64,000 nt of DNA from Amoebophrya sp. A120 (taxonomy: Eukaryota > Protista > Dinoflagellata). Location: positions 2,705,373 through 2,769,372 of the forward strand of contig CAJINV010000009.1 in the NCBI GenBank assembly GCA_905178155.1. Reading direction: 5' to 3'. Shown here piece by piece: positions 36,375-47,400 of this stretch; positions within the stretch are counted from its first letter, which is position 1; every line of letters begins with the position of its first letter. Below the pieces are notes generated by a model that worked only from the letters and a program-made list of their open reading frames with translations, was not told the DNA's origin and did not search any database. The translations under genes and the position numbers were made by a program.

Positions 36375-37473
36375 CTAGCTATGCGCAACCGGACCACGCT
36401 CATCTGTCAAAATGAGAGGCCGCAAAATTAGGAACACAGAGACACATCTTAATACCGGTATAGCAGAAAGCTAAAATTTTCTTCAGGTACTATGTCTACC
36501 ATGTCTACTTCCTAGTACCGAGACAAATATGATCTTGTTTTGGCTTCCTTGCTCAACAACTCAGACTCAGTACTAGTCAACAGATGTGGGAGGATTGCGC
36601 TCCGGAACGAGCCGTGCGCATAACGATCCATCATCCTCGTAAAGGAACAACAACAGGCGGAGCGAGAAAATTGTATAAAAATAACGTACGAACAAATGGC
36701 TCGTCGTGGTGATCATTGAACCTAAAGTCATGCCCAACATCAACACGCTGCTGAGCGCCTTGGTGATGAGACTGAAGATCTGAGCTGACGTGCATGTAGT
36801 TTATTTTTGCATGGCGTTTCTGCTTGAGTTCCTCGGATCTTCATCGACAACTTCAGAAAGGTGTCGAGGGGGTACTCGCGCAGTGTTGACCATCGAGTGA
36901 GGTTTTAGCACTCGTTGTCTTTGGGGTCAATAGATGAATAAACACAAACCACAAGAAATAGATACCGCTCTCACCGATTCGTGTTGCACCACGTTGAGAT
37001 GATGTTGGCACTGATCTTCGATTTGACACTGCAAAAAAGACGAAGATCCGGCACGGAGGAGCTCCACAAAGCCCGCGCAAGGCGATACTTATCATGATCC
37101 TCTACTGCGGGTATCTTTGCATTATGGCAGAAGAACACATCAGACTTAGAGGCTACTACAGGCGGAGCGGCAGCTGTCCCCAACTTGTCTTACAGCTCGA
37201 AAGAAAAACTGCGGCGAAGAAATAATTTCCAACTTTTACTTTCAACAAAAAAATTCTGCATCAATGCCGGATATCAAAAATCATACATAGAAGAGCACTA
37301 CCTGGTGCTAGAAGTAGAATTCTAGCTCAAAAATGCGTCCACCACAAACTGCTCTGAAATTTGATGTCTTTCTTGTTTCGACTGACATCTTGATGTCCGG
37401 GAGAAAGCAGTCGTGTTGTAACAGAGTGCGTCGAGTTGGTTTTTCAATATACGCGGATTTTTTTCTTGTTGAA

Positions 37474-37800
37474 GCCAAACGGAAAAATATTAAACGAAGT
37501 GTCACGTCGTTCACGACCATGGTTTTACGTACAAATATTTGCCAAACGGATGAATATGAAACGAAGTGTCAGCGAGCTGATATTGAGCTCGGTTATATAT
37601 TTGTATTGCATTTGCCTTTGCCAAACGAATATGAAACGAAGTGTCAGCGAGTTGTAGTGACTGTTGATTTGAACTTTTGCAAAATGAAGTTATCAAACGA
37701 AGCTGTCGTGCTGACCATTGGTTCAAGTTGTAATTTCAATTTGTAAGTAATATTGCCTTTGCCAAACGGAGAAATATCAAACGAAGTGTCAACGAGTTGT
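37474..37800. repeat. Interspaced direct-repeat array (5 degenerate ~30-bp units)
   Basis: gccaaacgg..aatat.aaacgaagtgtca at 37474, 37541, 37620, 37679 (degenerate) and 37761. Confidence 0.8.
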
Positions 37801-38411
37801 GAGAAGTGAGTTTACGTTTACCTACGAAGGCGCACTAGGCCACATACAGGCTAGGCTACACGGTCTCACGTCCGCGCCGCTCTGCTGCTTGTGATTCCTG
37901 TGCCCGCCAGGCCTGTCTCCGGCTGCCGCCCAGGGGGTCGTGAAGACCGGCTCTTGTTACAAACTGATAGCTTGAGCTGCTGCGCACCGAAACGCGCCGG
38001 CGCTTGTTGCCGGCTTTAAAAAAAAGGAAAAGGTCCTGCCTCTAGTAACGAGTATACTTTAAAAAAAAGCAGCAACGTCACGATCTTTAGAGCTTTATTG
38101 GTTCTGGATAAACTTCTATCTACTATTCTGGAAAGTTTTACCTTTCTTTGAATTAATTCTGAAAATACGGTTCTCGAGCAGACGTTCTGCTGTTCTCGGA
38201 TAAACTTCACTATTGATCTTCACTAAAGCCCACGACGCCCATTTTTGTGCGAAGTAGTAGTAGTTTCGCTACTTCTAACCATAATTTGGAGGATTCACAA
38301 GACATCAAGCTTTGAAGGTTAATACGTTTGAAAAATTGATTTTGAAAAAACGTTTCCTGTTTTCTACTTTTTTAAAAACGAAAACTGTGTGGCCGTCCTC
38401 GTTTCCCCCCC

Positions 38412-41400
38412 CTACACCACGCCGGTTGTACCGGTTTCACCACTGTCACTGCTGCCTGCCCTGCGTGACTTCTTCTTTTTATCGCCGCGGCGCCTCCGTT
38501 TTCTTGACCGACGGTTTTTGCCAGTACTTTTCCTTTTCTCCTTGTTCCCACGACTCGTCTCTTCACTTCCCGGACCGGTCGTGGCCCTCCTCCCGCGATC
38601 GAGAGGCTCGTCAAAGTTCAGCGTCTTACCGAATGTATCAATTGCGAAAGTACCGCACTATAACTGAAACTGATTCTTCTTGCAGTCATGCGTTACAAAT
38701 GCAAATGATTGTCTTTCTTAAGGTAAATTCGCATTTATAAATCCCATTTCTCATGCAGAGCAAACTTGTGATGCGACTCCCGCTAGTGGTATACTTTTGC
38801 AATGCATAGGTAGTTTCCGCCGCAGACCACTGCAAGAAGGCCTTGACGTCTTCCGGGGTTTTGATCCGTTTGATGAGCTATCAGATGCAAATATGTCTGA
38901 GTCCTCTGGAAGAGCGCAAGTTTGTCATCTTCGGCGAGCATGACTCTCAAGTCTGTCATGCACGTTGCCTCAATTTTCCGTCATGCAAGAACGCAGTTCG
39001 TCATGCAGAATAGACAACACCTGGAAGCTGCTCAGAGACTTGTCATGTTGAGCTGGCAGTTGTGGCTGGCCTCCTTCTGCTTCGCCACTCAGCATCACAA
39101 GTTTGAGTTTCCAGACCACTCAGACATATCTGCAGTGCATATGCGCTCCTCGGCACTGAAGCGCGGGTCCAGCCTCTCGCGCTCCTTCTTCAACGCTTCC
39201 TATCCACAGGAAAAAACCCATCCCCATTCCATTTTTTGCATGACAGACACAGGATTTTATGCATGTGATGCACGACAAATTGGATGGGCATGGTTTTTTT
39301 TTTGTGGATACTTCCCGTCTCTTCTCGATCAGCATTTCCTGCTCGATAAACTCCACGCGTGCAAAAGGAACCATGTCCAGACACGACGGGGGAGCTGGGA
39401 GAAGCGCCAGCGCAGCCTGTTTCTCCGCGTCCACATCGGTTTTTTTCATACCCCGACTGCTGGATGCCTTCGCTTCGTTCCCGCTGTTCCGTATTCTCTC
39501 ACTCTCCTCCGCTGCGGCAGCGGCCGCTGCTTCCTGGGCATGCAGTGGCGGCGTTACCTTGAAGCACATGAAGTCAAACTCGCCCTCGTTGCGGATCAGA
39601 CTGGAGACGTTCCGAAAAGTCGCAGCGGGAACAGAATATCGATTGCAAACATGTCTGGGTCTGGGAGATTGCGAGACTTGACATGCTAATCTGGTATGGC
39701 TCTGAACTCTGTATTGCGTGGCCGCAAAGAGCTCCTCCTCCCTGTCATGCAAAAAAGCAGTTTCTCATGCGGAATACGCAACGCAGGACCATGAAAAAAA
39801 CTTGTCATGCTTGGCAGCGCATTACAGTGAGCTCACTATTCCCTTCCTTGCATCACAAGTTATTTCCAGACCCAGACATTTTTGCATTTGATACAGAGGG
39901 CGTTGATGCATTTTTGCCCTGCTGTTGGTCGTCCTGTTCTATCACTATTTCCGGCAGTAGGGCGTTTGACACCAGTGGTATGCGGCTCCACGTCGCGGTG
40001 GGATAACTGCGCTGCCAAAGCCGGTCCGCCGCTCCTGGTCTGAACCCCAGGTCCTCCACGACCAACATATTACTCGACGGGCACTGGAGCCTACTTATTT
40101 GGGCGGATGAACTTCTTCTCGGTGGCAGCGCGCCTCCAGACGGGTGCTCTTCGGAAGTAGATGAAGAAGCAACGTTTTCGCCGGGTCCTCCCTGCAGCTG
40201 GTACATCAAAGATTCTTCGTGCGTATGCTGTGCAAAAGTATCGCACTCGTAGTGCTTGCAGTCATGCATTACAAGTCTTTTTATCAAGGCAAATCCGCAT
40301 TACAAATTCCATTTCTCATGCTAAGGAAATTTGTATTGCAATTTATACTAGTACGATACTTTTGCAATGCATAGTGCGGCGGTTTCTCCGGGTCCTGTTC
40401 GAGAAAATAGTGGTAGCAGCAGCAATTTTGCGGGCCTTTATCCCGAAGAAAAAAAGTAAAACCAATCTTCCCCGTCCATTTTTTGCATGACAAGCAGTCG
40501 AATTGATGCATGTTTTGCATGACAAAAAATTGGAGGGGGATGGGAGGTCCTTTTTTGTGCATAGCCTTGAAACGCGTCCTCCTGTCGTTGGAGGAAGGAT
40601 GATGGCCCTTTATCCTGTGCAAAAGTATCGCACTCGTAGTAATCGCAGTCATGCATTACAAATCTTTTTCATAAGGTAAATCCGCATTACAAATTTATTT
40701 CTCATGCTGAGGAAATTTGTCATGTGATTTATACTAGTACGATGCGTTTGCATTTCATACCCTTGTCCGTCGAGCAAAGCCGCTATCTCTTCCTTGCTCA
40801 CCATCAGCTTGGCTCTGTCCCGGGCTCTTTCTACCTGCCTGCCAACTCGTGCCTTTTCGTCATCTGTGCGTGCATTCAGTTGCTCCGCGTATTTTTTTTT
40901 CAGCTCTTCTAGCACAGAATGGCAGTTTTCGTAATACGGCTCCATCGTCGTGCCCGGGAAAGGGGTGCGTGCTGACGAACCGCGTTCCATTTTTATTCTC
41001 CTCGCCAACGCGATGTCCTTTTCTCCAAAAAAAAGTTCACAACGAATGAGTAAGTCGGGATCGATGATATCGTGCGGGTCGGGCAGGATCACCGGATCAG
41101 GTTTTGGTATCAAATGTAGAAATGTCTGGGTCCTCTGGAAGAATGCAAGTTTGTCATGCTTGTCTGGCATGACTCTTAAACCTGTCATGCACATTACCAA
41201 AGAGCCCCACTTTTCTGTCATGCAGAAACGTAGTTTGTCATGCAGAATAGGCAACGCCTAGAGCTCAGAAACTTGTCATGCTGAGCCAGCAATTGTGGCC
41301 TCCTCATGATATGCCACACAGCATCACAAGTTTCCAGACATCCAGGGATTTTTACATTTGATATTTGGTATGGGATCATCATCCGGGCCGAAGTTCTTCC

Positions 41401-44400
41401 GAGGATCCGCGTCGTCTCCTGGCTTCCCCTATCAACTGCAAAAAGAAAAATGTCTGCGTCTGGAAAAATGCCAGGTTTGTCATGCATACTGTCCATGTTG
41501 ACCCAGGATGTCTGTGATGCACGACCTAGCATCACAGATTTTTAGAGGGGTTCCTGATGCGTATTCCGCATGAGAACTGCCCTCTCCGCGTAACACAAAG
41601 CGGACTTCTCTTGCGGGTCATGCAAGACAGATTTTTTTAGACTCCAGAGACAGCATGACAAGAAGTTGCAACCTTCCAGACCCAGACACTTTTGCAATGC
41701 ATATCCCCCCAAGAGGACCGCCTCCTACTTGGTAGTCCAGCCACAGCTTAAACCACTCCGGGAGCGTCGCAAGTGCTGGTGGCTGCCGATTTTTGATTTC
41801 CTCCGCACTCTCTTGCACATTCCAGTGGTCGACCTGCTGCTGGAAGAGAAACAGACGGAGCGTCGACCACTATCCTTTGCAAAAGTATCGCCCTTCTCGT
41901 ACAAGAACTAATCGCGACCAACATGCACGACAAATCTTCCGGCTCCCTAGTCGAATCGGCAGGACAAGTTGAAGTTCCATTTCTCTTCTAGAAAAAATTT
42001 CTCACGCGATTTGTACTAGAAGTGCGATGCTTTTACAATGCATAGCCACAAATTATTCTCTACTCTTTTCCCCGCCGCATCTACTTGATCGCACTGCACA
42101 TTTTCCCGGTCTGCAAACGAGTTTCCATTTTTGCACCCAAGCGTCCACACTTCACTCTCGAAAAGGCGCTCCCCTTCTCCGTCGGCACCGGTGGCTAGTG
42201 CTTCTGCGCCAGCACCGGTCGTGGCTGTGCTGTCGCCTTCTGCGTCGAACGACATGGGAAACTTTTCTGGCAATTTTTCATAAGAAACGACGTCAAAATG
42301 TGCTGCTTGCTCTTCCTGTTGCCGAATCAACGCCTTCCCGACGGCAAACAAAATCTTTTCACTGTCAGCGACGACAAAGAGCGACACGCGCTGGCTCCCT
42401 TTATTTCCCCGGTGCTTCAAAAAGGCGTCCGTGAGTACAACACCCCCGGTTGTAGCACTGCTCTGCGGTGGATTATGCAGGATGGAGATCACGCTGTGAA
42501 CTACTGATGATAATGCCTCCTCTATCCTAGGTAAAAACATCCCCACCTCATAGGCATCGCTGTCGTGCAAATGAATCTGCATGCTCAAAATTTTTCTCAT
42601 GCGGAGACGACGCACGGGAAGCATTTTCTAGTCGTGTTTTGGAATTTGTGAAGTGGTGTCCCAATCAGCGTCATAGGCTAGATTAATTTGTGACGCTGCT
42701 GGACGTCGTAAAAAGCATGACACTACAAGCCCAAAAAATTTTTCGTGCGCAACAACCTAACCTTGTTGATTTGTCTAGCAGATTCCCCATCTTGAATATG
42801 GACTGGGGATGTTTTTACTCAGGATATCATCGCCATCAAGCCCGGTCAAGTCCAGCAAAAGGCGGGCTTCTTGGACTTTTACTTGTTGGGGTGGCTCGGC
42901 TGTGATATCCTGTCGCGATTGCTCCTTGTAGAAGGTCAGCCGCGCCTGTTGGCCCGCAAACACGATTGGGCGGCCGGGAATTCTGCTCGACGTCGCCTCG
43001 TCGACTGCGGCTTCAACCGAGGGCACTGAACGAAGGAACCCGGTCAAGAACGCAGTCACGGTTAAAGGCATCGTCGGCGCACTCTGGAACCTCCGGAACT
43101 CCCGCCCCACCCTCGCTATGGAGAGAAAAAAGTTTGTCACAGTCACTAACTTGCAGGTTTTGCATTACAAATTTTCTCAGCATCACAAACTTTCCTTGTA
43201 TTGCAGAAACACTAGGAAAATCCCCAATCAAGTTTGGCTGTGATGCATTTTTACGCATGACAAACAATTTTGTATTGCAAGAATGCGCATGAGTGATCGT
43301 GACGAACTTTTTTTCTTTGATACTCGCTGCGCCGTGTTTATTCTCAACCTGGTACTCTTTTGGGAGAAAGTTGTACGGCCAAATTTGGTATGGATTGTAA
43401 AAATGTCTGGGTCTGGAAGGATGCGAACTAGGCGTGAGCTCGGAGAGAAAGAACACGAAAAATATTCGTTTGATTGAAAGTATTCATTTGAATAGGAGAG
43501 GATGAGAAGATGACAAAGATAAGGAGAAACACAAAGGAAAAGAAGAGAAAAGAAAAGAGAAAGAAAAAGAGAAACCAAAAGCATAAAAAGGCAAGGAATT
43601 GGGGAAAATATCGCAAAAGTATCCCTTTGAAAAAAATATCCTTTTGAAAAGATATATCCTTTTGGCCGATTGGTCGGACCCCTGCACCCTTCTTGGCCTC
43701 AGAAGACCAAAAAGGGCCACGGCGGCCTCAGAAGGCCAAACAGGGCCCCCTACACCCTGCCTTCTTGGCCTCAGAAGGCCAAGAAGGGCCACGGCGGCCT
43801 CAGAAGGCCAAGGAGGGCCAGGGCGGCCCACCCCGGAACGAAGGGCCGTCGAGGTGGCCTCAATATGCAGGCATCCGTCTGGTACTTCTACTTCGGGCAG
43901 ACGAGGCCTGCGACGCTGCCTCTTCAAGAAGAGCGAAGCAATGACTCTGACCTGCAGCTCGGTGTTTCCAGGCGCGACCCGAGCGATTGCCAGACCACGA
44001 CGGCCTGCACCACTGCACCCACAGCCGCGGGCGTCCGTGCCTCCACATTCCCGAGGCCCACACGCATCCCCACAACCTCTCTGCTTCCCGATCCCCCCAC
44101 TCACGTTGCTACCTATGCCGCTCCCTAATCAATCTCCTTCCCGCCCCACCCCTGTGTTCCCCATGGCTTCTCCGGGTTTCCAGGTGGATCCCACACGCGA
44201 AGCGCAAAAGCGCGGGCGAAACAGAGAACCGAGCCACGGGCGCAGTGGTTTTTCTCACTCTCAGAAAAAGACGGCCGGCACAGACCTACTTTTTTGGCGG
44301 GCTATTTGTTGAAGCGACTTTTACCGAGACAGGGCGGGCATGCGTCGGGCCTTTAGACTGGCATGCCCGCCACGCTGAACGGGGAGCAAAAAAACCTAGC

Positions 44401-47400
44401 TACGCTGGATTGCAGTTGCACGGCCCGCGCCCGGGCATTTCGTTTACAACTCTCACCGGAGAATCTCTGGGCACGGACAGTGCGCGAAGTGAGATTAACA
44501 TAAAAAAGGAAGGCGGCGGCATCACGTTTTGACATTTTTGGAATCACGTTTACTCATGGGATCACGTTAACGGAATCACGTTTGCGACGGAATCGCGTTT
44601 GTCGAATCGAGTTGAGTGAAGCAACTTAGACGTCGAAATGCCCACAACGTACTTAAACGAACGCCGGGAGGGCCCAGCGGTCCGCCGGGATCAATGGCGC
44701 GCCCCGCGCGCCGGCCAAGGACCTGGCCAGCGGGAGCCAGGAGAACCCCAGGGAAGCGGCGGGCAGAACAACCACGAAGACGGGCAGGGTGCGGGGCCGC
44801 CACCTTCCAAGAACGGGAAGAGAGAGTCGTCGGCCAGGGCAGCCGCCGCCGGCCGGCCGGCCGGCGGCGGCTGCCCTGGCCGACGACCAGAAGCCCCAAA
44901 CCCTAGACCCTAAACCCAAGCCCAAACAATTCCATCAACCTGATTCCGCTCTAAACGTGAATTCACAAACGTGATTCCAACTTGAAAACGTGACTCCGCT
45001 TCCAACCCATAAAAAAACCCGGGCGGCACCCGGTCGGGGGACACGAGAAAAACGCTCCGCGCCCTCAGTCATCGCCCCACGCACACTCTCAGGCCAGGGC
45101 CCCTGGGCGCGCCTAGCGAGCGAAGATCTTTCTTATCCGACCAGCCCCCAAGAACTGCCTGACGAGGAAAAGGCGCGCGGCGCTTGCGGGCTAAGGCGTC
45201 TGCGCGCGCGCAGCGCAACAGCAATTTTTTTCCAAGACCAAGGCAGCCCACTATTGCCATACGCGAGATAACAACTCCGCGCGCCTGCTTCGCGCGCAAG
45301 GAAGTTTCTCCCTCGCAGTTACCGACTCGCGCGCGAAGATGTTGCCTCCTCCCAATCACCGATCGCCGGGCGCGAAAAAATTTTCCGCGCGGGCGCGCTC
45401 TCCTGCCAAGGCGCCCGCCAGCGGGCGCGCGCGATGCAGGATAATTTTTTTCAGGCAAGCCCCCGCTTACCGGCGGAGCGCGAAAAAAATTCTCGTGCTA
45501 TCAGACCGAAGCGCCTGCGCGCGGGCTCGCAGCGTGCGCTCGTTCGAAATTTTTTTCCGGCCAAGCCCCGGCTGCCGAATGAGAACAGGGCTGCTCGCCA
45601 CGCTCTCAGGCAACGGCGCCCCCCCGCGCCCGTGCGCGCGGCAAGTTTTTCTAGCTCCAGCTTTCGACTGCCGGGCGCGAAAAAATTTCCCGCGATGGAT
45701 CCCAGACCAAGGCGGCAGCGAACGGGCGCGCGGGCTGGCCACTTTTTTCAGCCAGGCCCCCGCGTGCCGATCGAAAAAAAAAAGCTCCACCCTATCAGGC
45801 CGAGACGCCTACGCGCGCGCAGCGCGCGAAATTTTTTTTCAGAGCATCCCCCGACGGGCAGTCGCACGCGAGCAGAGCTGTCCGCGTTCTCAGGCCGGGG
45901 CGCGCGCGCTCGCAAAGTTGTCTTCTGGCAAAGCTGCGACCTCCGGGCGCGAAAAAAATTTGCGGCCGCGCCCGCCGGCCAATCAATCCGGCGCGGCCCC
46001 GGGGGGGACTTGACGCTCCTAGACCTAGGTAGGCACCGGCGCGCGCGCAGCGCGCGAAAAATTTTTTTCCGGAACACCCCCCGCTTCCACAAGCAACAAA
46101 AACTTTCCGCGCCCTCAGCCCACGGCGTCTGCGCGCACGCAACGCCCGCACGATAGCTGATCTATTTCCCGGAAGGCCGCCGGCTGCCGGACGCGAGCAG
46201 AGCATTCCGCGCCCCCAGGCCACGCAATCGCCCACGGAGATGTCTGCGCCCGGTGCTTAGGTGTCTGCGCGCGCGCAGCGCGCGACAATTGTTTTTCCTG
46301 CTAGCCCCCGACTGCCGGGCGCGCTGCAAAAAATTGTCGGCGCCCCAAGGCCAAGGCGCCTGCGCGCACGCAAGCTTTTTCGTCGGCCAGACCCCTAAGC
46401 CCTTTCGTCGGCCAGACCCCTGCTGCTGAGCGTGAAAAGAACACTTCCGTCGTGCCTCCAGCAAGTCAGAGCGCCTGCGCGCGCGCAGCGCGCGAAGAAA
46501 ATTTTTCGGCCAGCCCCCAATCCCCGAAGCAAGTCAGGGCGTCTGCGCGCGCGAAGCACGCCGCATCTTTTTTCTCGGCCGGCCGCGGCCCTTGATTGCC
46601 GAACACGACAGGGGCATCGCAAGCAACTACCAAAACCGCGGCGCCTGTGCGCGCGCAGCGCGCGAATTTTTTTTCCCCGCACTCAGAGCACAAAACACCA
46701 CACGCACACAATCAGCACTACCAACGATGGCTCCGAAATAGGCGCGCGCAAAAAGCAAGAGGCTTTTTCCTGGCCCCGACCCCGAGCGAAGGCTGGCATA
46801 ACACGAAAAGGCGCTCGCGCTCTTCCAAACAAGGCAAAAAGCCGAAGCGGCCGCTCCTGCAGCGTGCGCAATACATTTTCGCGACCGGCCACCGACCGCC
46901 CGGCTCGCATAGCACTACGCATCTTCCCAACGTGCGCAACTAGCAAAAAGTAAACCGGCCCACTTGCGACAACTCCGCCGCATTCTGCCCGAAGGGGCCA
47001 GGAAACGAATGCAAAATTCACAGCAGAAAGAGAAGCAAGTGCGCAACTGCAGAAAGGAGCGGCAACTGAAGTAAAGCTATGTTGTGAATGTGTTCAAGAT
47101 AGAAGAAGAAGGGCTCGCGGCGCGACTCCTCTGTCCTAGACCGCCCGGAGGGCGCAAACGCTGTGGCATCCACACTGTACGGTGTCCAATGTCGTTCGCG
47201 ACGCCACTCAATGCGTTACCAAACGAATACTTTTTATCAAAAGTATATTTTTGGTTCGAAAAATATTCGTTTGAATAAAAATTCGCTTGTGTTCTTTTTT
47301 TTCTAAGCCTCGAACTTGTGATGCGCATTTTAGAACACAGAAAAATTTCTCATGCATAGGTAGCAAAAGCTGCCCACTTGCTGTCACCAAAATGGGGGAT

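Noticed and set aside
37474-37800. Bona fide CRISPR array
   Set aside because: Eukaryotic context, no cas genes, degenerate repeats and irregular spacers; kept only as a repeat.
43484-47021. Multiple overlapping 100-240-aa ORFs in the 3.9-kb insert
   Set aside because: Repeat-derived, open in several frames at once, with no DDE, RT, integrase or recombinase motifs recognisable.
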